A stretch of 64,000 nucleotides of DNA. It comes from Raillietiella orientalis. Its lineage: Eukaryota. Below the pieces are notes generated by a model. That model ran no database searches. It saw only the letters and a list, made by a program, of their open reading frames with translations, and had not been told where the DNA came from. The position numbers were made by a program, and so were the translations under genes. Location of the stretch: contig JAYWIR010000016.1 in the NCBI GenBank assembly GCA_036172245.1, forward strand, positions 3,410,001 through 3,474,000, written 5' to 3'. Positions 24,768-36,700 of this stretch are shown here, piece after piece; position 1 is the stretch's first letter, and each line of letters opens with the position of its first letter.

Positions 24768-27700
24768 CTGAAGACAACACCGTTACGTCGTCTGCCCGTG
24801 CACGCGGCGCAGCGCCGCGAGCGCTCCGGAAGTGCTGGCGCGCCACCGAAGCTTCTGCGGGCGCGGAAAGACGTACGTACGCGGCCATTTTGAAAGTGGC
24901 ACGTTGTTTGCATGTGCGTGCCGGTGACGAGCATCGTGTTCGGATTGGCAGAAGCTCTCATTTTCGCGTTAGCCGCCTCGCGTTGCAGTACGCGCGGGAA
25001 GTGTGCCGCCAACTCTCACTGCCGGCCGCCTCGCGTCGGATGGCGATGCCGCAGGCGGAGGCAGTGGTGAAAACGAGCGGTATTGATTTGGTGCCAGGGG
25101 GCAATTTTGCATGCCCCCCCCCCCCCCCCCCGTGGTGGTTCGAGCACGAGTACCTACCGGTCCTGCAGTCTCGCGGCTTCGAGCTGTGCAGCAGCTTTAC
25201 CCTTGCCGTGCTGAGCTTGCGAGTTCTGCGAATTCAGGGTTGCCCCCGCCGCGGATTGGCGGCTGCTTGCAGGCTGACTGCCACCACGTGGCTTGCGATT
25301 CGCCCGCGTGCGGAATTCGTGGGTTCTCTTTGACCACGCGCCTCGGAGGCCTCTCTTTCCATCAGGGTGACATCAGTGCATCGTAGGGTTTCTTAGGCTA
25401 TCCGCGCTTTTGCTTCGAACACACCGAGGCCTTCCATGTACATTCCCGAACATTCCTCCATTCTTCAGCTTCCGTTTAATGGATGCCACTGCGGCCGGAG
25501 AGGGCCGTGGTAGCCTCGAGCCCTCGGCGTGCAAACGTGTTGGGACGAATCCTTCCCGGTCGTCCATTCGAGTGAAACAACGAGAGAGAACACCAGTTGA
25601 AAAATACACCGACGAAGGTTGTGCGGGGTTGGCTCAGAGCGAACACCGTGTTTTTCGGAGCACGACGGTGTCCCGAAAAACACGACGTCCGTTCTGGATT
25701 GTAAAAACAACCAGCAAGCAAAGACAACGAACGCCTGGCATCCGAGGAGGGAAAGCCAGCGGCACTTGAAATGGGCTGGCGTCCCATTCGTTAATCTCCC
25801 ACGGCTTTTGTAAACGATCCATGCCGTCTCCCATTGGTGGATGGGGGACTCTGTGTGTCCCCTTTTGTTCGTGGCTGCGGCCAGCCAGTCGAAATGGACT
25901 CCCCTTGTGAGGAGCACGCAGCGCGTGTGCTTATCCCCGCCGCTTTTACGAGAGTGTGTTCCGGTCGAAACCGGAAAGCATTTCATCCGTGAGGGGTCGT
26001 GGACTTCGAATCCCGCGGAATCCGAAGGGTAAAAACTGCATCGTTCGATCATGACTTTGTTACCTTTTACCCTTTTTTCAGCTTCCTTCCCAGGGGACTG
26101 TGCGTTTTCGCTGGCATTATCCTGCAAAGGTCTCCTCTGTGTGTCCCCCCCCCTCCTACGAGATCAGTCTGCTTACCGTTGGATGGGTGGTCCCTTCGGC
26201 TTCCTGCGGGCTGGAGCTCGAAAGCGCCGTGGCTGATTTCGCGAACGTTGCTGAAAGGTCATTAGGCACCGCTGCAGACGTGCCTTTTTCATGACCAGAA
26301 AGAGAAATGTTCCACCGATGACTGCTGTCGTCTGCAGCTGGGACGAAGAATTGCAATTTAACAAGCGTGGCACCTGCAGGCAAGCGTTTGCGTTCCGAAA
26401 ACAACTTTGCAAACCTTCCATGAGCGGCTCGCGGTATCTTTTAAGGTCGCGCACCGTTTTTAGCTTTCGGGTTCTCTTCGAAAGTCTCCTGGGAAAGCTG
26501 TTTCGTTTCGTGCTAATGATTCTCATTCTGCATAAGTGTTTCGGGCTCATCAGACACTCCTCGTAATATGTTCTGGTTGTATTGCTTTGTTTGGAAACCG
26601 GCAAAAAGCCGCGGGTTTCAAAGGCCTGAAGAGCATTCTGCTTCGCCCGTCTCTCTCCGAAGAGTGGCTTGTGAAGGGAAAAGCGGCGGGAAAAAAAAAA
26701 GATTCCAGCTTCTATAAAACAACCTGGAGAACGCAGAGCACCAAACTGCGCGGATCTCGGAACTCACGAAAGCATGCGGCCGGATGCATCCGCGGAGATC
26801 GTGACTCCCTCGTTTGAGACCCCAGTTTCGGACGCGGCATCTGCCCTCCTAACGAAGTAGCGGGCGCTGCTTCCTTATCTTCCTTTCCTTTGACCCTCTT
26901 TGCAAACAAAGAGTGAAAGCGGACGATGGGGAATGTTTGAGAAACTGCGCACAAACTCCCAAGATACGGTGTTTCCGCTCATGCTGCTCCTCATCTGGCG
27001 CGACAACCCGACCCTGCTCTCCGGGGTTTTGTGATCTGCACTAGCAGATGGTTACCCGATGGCTCGGTTAGGGCATTCGATCCCTTTCTTTCCCCCGAAG
27101 TCCCCACTGCCGTGCACGAGCCAACAGCACTCGTACAGCCATCCGTCTGCGGCAGCGAAAGGAAGGGGAAGATCAAGAAGAGGGTTCACGGAGCCTCTCC
27201 CTTTTGAGGCTGGAAGGTGGAGGGTGGTTGCGATCAGGTGCGAGGAGGCGTGGCAGAGAACGCGGGCGGGTCTCGACCACCAAATACTTGCGCTCTTGGC
27301 GGATCGGCCAAGCACGAACAGACGTCAGAATAAGTCCTTGAGGATGAGAACGGCTCGGTTCCCCCCTAGGAAAACTTTCGGACTGCCCGTTCGGCCGGCG
27401 CCCGCGAAGCCAAAGCTGTCAACGGCGCAGAATCGAAACGGAGAGCTTCTCGGTGAGAGGAGAGGTCAGCGGATCTCCTGTCGGCCTCCCCTCCCCCCCC
27501 GCTCCCCCCTCGCCCGCACGTCTTTCCAGACAAACTCCCTTTCCTCTCTCCCGTCCGAACGTTCGAGAAAGAGGGGCAAGGGGTTTGCCGCCCGGGGCCG
27601 CGCGCCATTCCCGGGGCGATAGTAGCACGGCGCATGGTTCTTTCTCTTCTCTCCTTCTCCCGCCTGCGTCCTCGCGAGGAAAGAGGCGCGGGGACTCACT

Positions 27701-30700
27701 CGTCTCACGTTCCTTACGTTAAACGAGCTCTGATGACTTCGCCTGGTTGCGGCGCCCTCCTCAGGCCGTGCAGCTTCAAACTGTTCCGGTTTGCAAGGGA
27801 AGTTTGCATCGATCCCCGCTCCGCAGATACTACTTCGACCCCCTCCCCCCCTTTTTTCTCCCTCTCTCCCGGATCTCACGTGCGAAACGTCCCGCAGACC
27901 CCCACGGAAGCGGACCCCTCCTACAAATGATGGACTTCCTCCGATCCCCTCGCAAATCCGGAAGACATCAGTCCCTCCTCCGTCTTCGTGCACCTCCATT
28001 TCCCGATCTATCCCTTTTTCCTTACCGGCTGCACCGGAGGCCGGGGTGAGAAGGACGGTGGTGGTCAGCTTCCCGGAGAGACCCTGCAGACTCCCAGGGG
28101 GCTTCGAGAGGCGCACTTCCGAGGAGGGAGGGTCGTTGCCCCGCCGCCCCACTGGTAGCGGCGTTGAAGCAGTGAACCTGGAAGACGACGGCAGTTGAGA
28201 ACCGCCGAAAGGACCAGGAGGCCCTTCCCTGGTCTTTTCGGCAGGAGGAACGGCTGGATTTGTTTCCTTTTCCCCAGGCGAAGCGAAGGGAGGGGAAGGA
28301 AGGAGCGGGTGCTTTGTAGGTGGGCAAGGAGTCCTCCGCCTTCCCCTGTCTCATCTCCTCCCTCTCCCCAGGCGAGCGGCAGCCGGAGAGGGAGGGAGGG
28401 AGGGGAGGGGGCATCTACCTGTTCTGGTAGGGTTCACGGACTCTCAGGGAGGGTGGCGTGGCGTAGTCCTCGGTATACTCGGCGTCCTGCTCGCCCTCCG
28501 CCTCCGCGGGCGTTGCACCTCCTTTTGACAGTGGAGGCGACTCTGACCCGAGGCTGCTCCCCTCTTCCTCTTCCTCGGACAGCTCCGACATCTCATCCAC
28601 GGGGCTGATAGGAGGCGCGACTCTCGTTCTTCCCCGAGGGCCCCCTCTTCTTACGTGTCGCCCACCCTGACGACGGCGCGGCTGTCCGGGCTGGGCACGT
28701 ACATGGCAACCCGTTCCTGGAGAGCCGACGGGGGAGGGTCGGAGCTCCTCCGGAACAACCAATTCCTCCTGTCCCTGAAGCTGGGTAGGGTCTGATCCTC
28801 GCAAAAGGGGTCTGGGAGAAAGGAGGGATGAAAAAAGGTGGGGTGGCGCCTCCCGGTTCCCTCCTTCCGCCACCAGGGGAGATGGGCAGCGGGAGCGGAG
28901 AGGCGTGTGGCAGGGGCGTACCCTGGATGTTGCTCTGGGAGCCTGCCCTCGGCAGCGGCATCCTCCTCCAGCTCGTGGAGCGCACGTCGGCGCCGAGGTC
29001 GCGCGCAGGGAACGCCCCCGCCCAGCTCTCCCTGGGAGGAGGGTCGCCGCCGCTCTCTTCCTCCGCTTCGTCTTCCACTTCCTCCACGCCACCGGGGACG
29101 TCCTCCAGGAAGCCGTGCACGTCGTCCAGGTCGCTAAGCGCGTACGTTTTCGTGACCTCCTTGATCCTCTCCTTGACCTGCGGCAGGAGACGCTCACAGC
29201 TACACACCGTGCGCGGGAACGCTGCTGCCCGGAGGGACAGCAAGGGCGGAGAGGAGAGAGCTCGCGCACTCCTCCGCTCCACCGCCTCCAGCTTACCAGG
29301 AAGGCGCCGTCCTTCCACCAGCCGCCCCTCGTCCTCTGGCACGACGTGGCGGTGCGGGCAGATGCCGCCCTCGAGAAGGAGGAGGAGGCGACGCTGCAGC
29401 AGTCCACCTCATGGTCCAGGGGGCCGCAGACAGCCTCCCTGCCCGCCCAAAAGTCCCACTGCGTCCCCGCGTCAACCGAGTGCTTTCCTGGAAACGCCGT
29501 CCCGGGATCCCTCCTTCGACCCTTCCTCCCGTCCCTACCGTGGGAGAGGGACGCGCCGCCGTCCGTCTGGACGTGCTTGTCCAGGAGGGAGCCATCATCG
29601 CCTGCCGGCCGCAGGGGAGACGCCAAAATCTGGAGGGAGAGGCAGCGGGGTGAAGAGGAGGGATGCGGGTCAGGAAGAGGACGGGCGGACGTACCCGGTT
29701 GAAGACGGAGGTGGCCAAGAGCTCTTCGTAGCTTCTGCTTCCATTGTCAAGCATGTCCGCGGGAACCAGACGCCCAGCGGTCCCTCGACGCTCCTGGCGT
29801 ACCTCCTGGATCACATCCCAGATGATCCGCTTGAGCTCCGTGTGCAGCAAAGACGGCAGCCTCTCCGCGGGGATGGGCTCGTCTGGAAGGGGGAAAAGGG
29901 TCAGGGCGGGGAGGGAACTTCATTTGGAGCCAGCCCGGAGACACGCCGCCGCCGCCGCCGCTCGGTACGGGATGTGAAAGACAACCACCGGCCCTCCTCC
30001 CATGCGGGTGATAGCGGAGGCTCTACCGACTGCCGATGCGAGGTGCTCGCGGAGCGCCGCGGTTCGGCCCAGCCCACGCCTGCGCCCAGAAAGTTCTAGG
30101 ATTCCTCCCCCACGGAACTTTCCGCCGTTTCGACGCTGTAGATGCCAGAGAGACAGGCCGCGTTGCCGCTATTCCAGAACTCTCTCCCTCCGCCTTCCTT
30201 CCCCAAGGGGCACCCTCCGGGAGGCCTTTCCCCTTCCCCTGCTGGATGTCTCCGGATACTGACTGCGGGAAAAAGGGTGGTTGGGGAGGGGGCGGATCTG
30301 GAAATAAATCCGCCCATCTTTACGACGATGGGCGCAGCCGTGTCAACGCGCGGCAGCACCTCCGGGATCCCCCGCCGAGTTCCCTAGGCCCCGCCCCTTC
30401 TGCTGCCCACTCGCGAAGCGGACGGATGCCGACTCCCTCATTGACGTCGGGGCCAGAGTCTCCAGCCCGAAACTTGCTGCGGGAGGTCGGGGCGTTCTGG
30501 AGACCCGCGGAGCGACCACCGCGAGCTGGAACCTCTTGCGGGCGTCCTGGTGTCGCTTCCGCGTCCCTCGGGAGGCACCCGAAGCGACCCGCAGGAAGGC
30601 GGAAGGGCCAACTTACTATTCATCGCGCTCTTTAATGACCGGGACAACTGTTGCAGGACGCTGGTCAGTTTTCCATGGTACTTGGAGAACAAGAACTTGT

Positions 30701-33700
30701 CTGAAAGAACAAGGAGGCAGTTACCACGGGAGATGGAACTACCACGCCCACAGGGAATGCACACGTACACACACAGAGAGCAGGAGCGGAGGGAGCACAG
30801 ACAAAAAGAGGGGAATGACGGGTAGGGGAAGGTGCGAACAGGCGCGCTCATGGGCGGACGGACGGATGGCATCCAAGAGGGCTGCAGGGGAGCGTTACCA
30901 GGAATGCCATCTGATACACGCACGCAAGCACGCGCCAGAGAGAACGCTGGCGAACCAGCGCGGTGCCCTCAGGAAGACGATCCTCCCGGACACTCGGGGC
31001 GGGAGGGGTCTCCGACGAAGAAACCGCTCACTCTCAGCCCCCCCTTCTCCCCTTACCCACCCCCTACCCATCTCAAGGCGCGGCGCACTGCTCGGTACGC
31101 GTACGCAAAGGACTCCCGGGACGGAGTAGGGAGGGGAAAAGGTGCGGTCTCAGCGTCGAGGAAGCTGCGGCTGCTCGGCGGTTTTGCTTCCTGGGTCGTT
31201 CAGTGGCCGGTTTCTGAAGGTCGGAAGCGAAAAGCACGCGGGGACCGAGCGGGCCGCCAGAGTGACCGCAGCAAACCAGACGGGGGCGAGGGGGAAGAGA
31301 TGGAAGGGAAAAGCGGAGGGGAAGCCGTCTCGCCATAACCTCTTGACCTCAGGAGGCCAGGAGCGAACGCGATCCCCCTGCACTGGCCCCTGCTTCCCGC
31401 CCTCTCCTCACTGCGGGGATCACGAGGTCAATCGGTTCGGGAAGGGGTGGGGAGGACTGGGAGCGGCGTTGAGTCCGGAAGGAAAAGGTCCGTTCCCGGG
31501 AAGCCAACGCGAGGGAAGGAAATACGCCGGAGGGTCCTCCCATGGAAGACCCGGAAGCGAAGGCTCTCCCAGCGAAGCGACGCCGTTCGGAGTGGGGACC
31601 CAGCAGGGATGGAGGGCGAGCGGTGGCTCTCCCAGATGGCAGACCGCCTGGAAGGTCTGGTCTGCCAGCGTCTCCAGGGACGTGGCACGGTTCCCGCGGA
31701 AAGAGCAAGGGAGTTGGTCCTCCCCTCCGGGAAGGTCAGCCTCCAATCTTCTCTGCGTCTTCCGCTCTCGCGTGGGATGCGCGTGGCAACGGTGGCAGCG
31801 GCGCACTTCATACCAGGTTCACCTTCACCTGCCCCCCCCTCCCCCAACTTCTCAGCACTTAGGAGGAGAGGAGAGAAGGGACACTCCTACGCCTTCGAGC
31901 CTCAATTCAAGCCCCCAGAGGGCACGGTTTCATCCGCCGCGACGTCCTGGGGAAGAGGACCTCTTCCGATCAGGGGCCGGGACGTGAGGGGGCAAGGAGG
32001 CGCGATCGGTGTCCGATTTGGAAGCGGCACGTGCCGGAGCGACCAACCCGAGCAAGGGGCAGTTCCTCTTTCCTGTGGAAATCGTCGCCTTCTTCCTTGC
32101 TTCCCACTGTGCCGGCTCACTTCGGAGAGCGGGATGCGAAGAGAGGGACACGAAGAGAACTCATCGTGGACCTTCCCGCCGCGCAGGATGGCTCTTCTTC
32201 CTCCCGCAAGCGGATGGCACCCCGCCGAGGCATTGCCTCCCCTTCCCGGTCCTTCACGTTTCCGGGAAGAAAAGTTCTTCCTGAGAAGACCTCTCCAGCA
32301 CATGTCCGTGGGGAGGGGGCAAAGCTGGTCGCGAATTCCAGGTCAAGTCACAGCCGGGAACGCCCTTCGACTACCCTAAGGCGCGCTCATGCTGTTGCCC
32401 CTCGATGGCAGTCCTCTGCCCTTGAGGGGCATGACCTGTCGTCACAACTGCACAATTCGCGGCCGGCCTCCATACGGGGCCTGCAACGGCGTAGGCGGAC
32501 GTGTAGCGTGCCGCCTCTTCCGGGGACGCTCCACTTGCAGGCAGGACGGAGGTCGTCCTAGATCCGCCAGCTAGTCCGCGCAGCTGGGAAAGGGAAGGGG
32601 AGCGGTCACGGGGGCCGCCCTGATTATGTGCTCCCGGTCCCGTCTCGAGGCTCCCATGTCCCGGAGCGCGGAACCCCCTCGCCCTTCAGCGCACCTCCCT
32701 CTCTCCTTCCGACGACGACGATGGCGGCGCATGCGTGCCGCCTTCGAGCTGCAGCCGCATTCCACCGCGTCCGCTGCCCTGCCGCTGGCTGCTGACGTTG
32801 GCACCGAAGGCACAGAGATGTGTCTCATCGCGCCATAAATTTTTCGCCAGGGATGACCGCAGGGCGTTCTCCTGCCGCTCCTCAGGAAACTGGGAGAGGT
32901 CTCCTTCCTCCCCTCCTCGGGAAAGGTAGCCGCTTCCCTTCGACCTCTTCTGCCCCCGCGCATCTTGAGAACGCCCTCCATCCCCCGACCCTGCATCAGC
33001 CATCTTGTCAGTTTCGGCTTAACCTGCCGTCACGAGAAAAAAAACAAATGTCCCGAGGCAACCCTGCAGCGATCTCTCGACTGCTGGGCATTGTTTTCGG
33101 CATTTCAGAAAAACAGGAGAGAGAGATGAAAAGCTCGGATGCTGCGCGAGCAGAATGACCTCGTCGCCCCAGATGACGCGGCGGCGAAGCGCGTGCTACA
33201 GCAAACGCGTGCGAACGCAGCTTCCTTCTCCTCCCTTTCATCTGCTTCCTCCTTCCCTCCCTCCTGGAAGGAAAGGGAGGGGGAAGCTGCATCCCGTGCC
33301 ACGCAAAGAGTTCCGTTCCCTCAGAAAATTTCCTCGCGGTCCCTGGATAGCGGGGTCGTCAAGAGCAGCAGAGGGTCCTGCAGTCTCCGCTGCTCGTGTC
33401 ATCCTGGGCTCCACTGAACCACTGGCGGGCCCTTCCGCGTGAGACATCCTCCAAGGCGGCTCGCGCGACCCGCCCCGCCACACGCCGGTGGTCGCCCTCG
33501 GGGCAGAGTGCTTCGCCATCCCCGGTCCACATTCGTGCGCCTTCCGGGAGCCCCGGGCGTCCGCCCCGCGAGCGCCAGGTCCCCAGCGACACAGTGTCAG
33601 CAGGGACACCGGCTGAGAACTCCGGCAGCGTGCCAGACGCCGGGCGCCTAGGGAAATTCCCACGGGGATAGAGGGAATCCCAGGGAGCACACGAAGGAGA

Positions 33701-36700
33701 CCACTCAGGGGAGGTCGCAAGCAAAGGTCGGCACGAAGTACGGCGCTGCACACAAAAGGAGGAAAAGACAGGACACGGGGCGGAGAGTGCGGCTAGGAGT
33801 CCAGGACCCCAAGCTCAGCTCTCCCACAAGCATCTTACACTGCTCTCCGCTCAGGCTCCACAGAAAGACTTTGTCGCCCAGGGGCGTTCCCAGGAAAGAC
33901 CGAACGAGGCTGTGGAGGTGTTCGTGCACCTGTGCAGCTTGGGGGCTAGCTGGAATGGTAGAACAGAGAGGCACGGGCAGCCCTGGTGAGCGTGCCGGGC
34001 AAGGCGACGGCGCTGCGCACGCGCACGCGCGCGCCCCACCGACTAATCGAAAGAGTGGGCGTACCTGAGTCGTACTTCGAGTGCCGCCGGGCTGCCAGCA
34101 TGGGTGAAGAGCACGGGCTGATGGGCGGAGTGTCCATCCTTGCTTTCATCCTCTCGGAGCTGCCTCCACTCTCCCGCATCGAAACGGAGTATCCGGAGTC
34201 GTTCTCGGAGTCAGCTGCAAAGGAGGCAGAAGGTCAGCAGAAAGAGAAAAAATAAAAAGCCAAAAGGCGAGGGCACTACTCCATGGCCCAGGGTCGGAGG
34301 CCTTCCTGGAAGCAGGTGGTCGCAGGAACGCATGCCTGCAGCTTCTGGAGGAGGAGGAAGAGAGGTAGGAGAAGAGAAGAGGAGCGAGTGCAGCAGCGAC
34401 TTTCCTCGGGATGGATGCACGAAGATGAGGCGAAGTTGCCGGGAGGAGCTTTCTGGAATTTCCCTGGAAGGCCACATTCGCCACTCAGAGAGCAGAGCGA
34501 ATCGAGCCATTTCGCCTCGACCTAGTCCATATGCCTAGCGAAGCGCGGCGTGGGAGCCCAGTGTCGAAGAGGCCAAATGTGAAAGGGAGGGGAGGAAGTT
34601 CCTCCAGCCTCTTGGGAGGGACAGAGGGAACGAAGAGGTAGGCAACAAAGTGTGCCATCCCTATTCGTCGCTGCCTTGTATACGAGATTTGGCAGGCAGC
34701 CGTGGGCGGCGGGAGCAGCGCCGCGGGCAGCGATGGGGGAGGAAGACACGATTTTTCCAGGTGGAATGGGTGGTCATTCACCACCCAGTGGGGGGAGGGG
34801 GGGGGGCAGGATCTGCCTGAAGAACAGAATCGGAAGAGAAAACGCCGCGCGGGTCAACGGAGGAGCCCGAAGCTACCCGCACCGACGGGTCGCACTCGCT
34901 CGCCATCTACACCGAGAAAAAGAGGTGAAAGGAAAGAGGGGAAGGGAAGAGGTAACCGAGGCGCAAAGGAAGAGTTCGACCACTTCGATTTCGAAAGAGA
35001 GAGGGAGAGGAGAAGGAGGGAAAAGAACGTCAGACACCGGGATGGGGAGTGGTCAGAGGAGACTGGCGCGAAAGGTGCGCGGCGGAGCGAAGCCGCTGCG
35101 CAGGTTCGGCGGAGACGGACGGTTCGGCCCGCCTGGGGTCGTTGCGACCCTGCCTCGGCGGAAAATGGGGAAGGGGGAACAAATAGGCGAGTCACCGCCA
35201 CCTCCGCGAAATGTACGAGCTCTGGGAAGCTCTGCCTGCAAGGGGGAAGCCCACGAGGTGTGTCCCTTCCCGACTCCTTCTCCGCACTTTCATTCGGGAT
35301 CCCCTGCAGGACAGAGGGAAGGCTCCCCCCGTACCGCTCTCGGATCCGCAGCCGCTCCCTCCAAGCTTGCTGGGGTGTCCCCCAGCAATGGAAGTCTGCT
35401 GCCCCCTTTGTTGTGCCTTCCTCGGAATTGCGGGGCACCGAGAGGCCGATTTCGCCTCCCTTCCTGGTTTCGGAGGAATTCCAGGGAGAGGGAGGAAGAA
35501 AGAGGGCGAAAAGTATCCATACCATCCCTTTCCAGTCCCCATTCTCTTTTTTCGTCTCCCAGGGTGGTTGTCGGCCGCACAACAGCGCCCCTAAGACGCT
35601 CACGGGAGAGCAAAACTCCCAAGACGCGTCCGAGGCCCGGTTGATCGGAGCGCAGCGGCCTTGGGAACGCTGCGTGCGAAAGAGGAGGAGGAGCCTCGCG
35701 GTCCAGAATTGATCTACCAATCCATCCGCATTTCTTTGACGCTCCTCCTTCCTGCTACCGTTCATAGGGAAACCACAAAGACTAAGAAAAAGTCAGGACG
35801 CAACTGCGGCCACCTTCATTGGACTGCAAACGACGAAGGCTCCTGGAAATGAAGGGGGGCATCTCTTCGTCATTCGCTGACCCTACTGTCAGGGTCAGAA
35901 GGAACCTGACCACTTGGATTCTCCTGGAGTAGCTCGGCGTAGGCGACGACGATGGGCGAGCCTTCCAGCCTCCAAGGAATCGCATCAACTTGTCACAGGC
36001 GGAAACGCCCGTCTTCCACGGTGCGTTTCGCCAGGTCGCACGTTTGTTGACCTTCGGTGGATCCCGGGGCGGTTTCTCACACTCTCGGTTCGCTCGGAGG
36101 CTCCTGCGTCTTGTTCCAGCCTTCCCGTCGCCACCAGCGTCCCCAGGCAGCTGCGTCTTCAAACAAACCTCGAGGCAGCGCCAATAGCACCACGGGGGCA
36201 GCGATTCGCGGAGGGTCTTCTGCGTGCCGGGAGCCGCCAGAGGGGGGGAAGGGCGAGGGGGCGAGCCGATGCTTGCTGAACGGTTCGAGAGCACGCTCTT
36301 GAGCATGCGGGAGGGATGTGGACGGCTCCAGGATTCGGATGAGCTCCCTCCCCAAAAAAAGCCGCCGCCCAACGACGCTCGTGCGGCCTAGGAGCACTCG
36401 TTCCCCCTCCTTCCCTCCGTCCTCCGTCTCGACTGGAAGAAATCCTTGAGGAAAGAACCCAAAGGGGGGGATGCTGGGAATCCTGGGAGTGCTCGGGAGA
36501 CAGTCCAACAAAAACAATGGCTCCAGCAAGGTGGCCGCCTAGAGCTGACGCATGAGGAGACTCTGGTCACTGATATCAGGACGCGAGAGAGGGGATGGCT
36601 TCATTTCATATTCCTCTTGTTGACCCGTTCGGCATCTTCCTGCCACATTCGACCCTCCTTAGAGAGGGAAGAGGTGATTGCGCGTTGAGGGGCTCCGCAT

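Noticed and set aside
28703..29040. Apparent frameshift between the FPARDLGADV and NWLFRR frames
   Set aside because: Resolved by a normal phase-1 intron at 28921-28812 with a strong polypyrimidine acceptor; no recoding is needed.
28828..30099. 423-aa plus-strand ORF and overlapping 265-aa ORF
   Set aside because: Antisense shadows of real minus-strand exons in stop-poor GC-rich DNA; Ser/Arg/Pro-rich with no motif.
30800..36400. Long overlapping ORFs of 280-336 aa (31142-31987, 31447-32379, 34652-35644, 34702-35712, 34854-35765)
   Set aside because: Several frames are open at once, the composition is Arg/Gly/Pro-rich, there are no domains, and they lie within introns of the Slac2-like gene. 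This is expected at this GC content.
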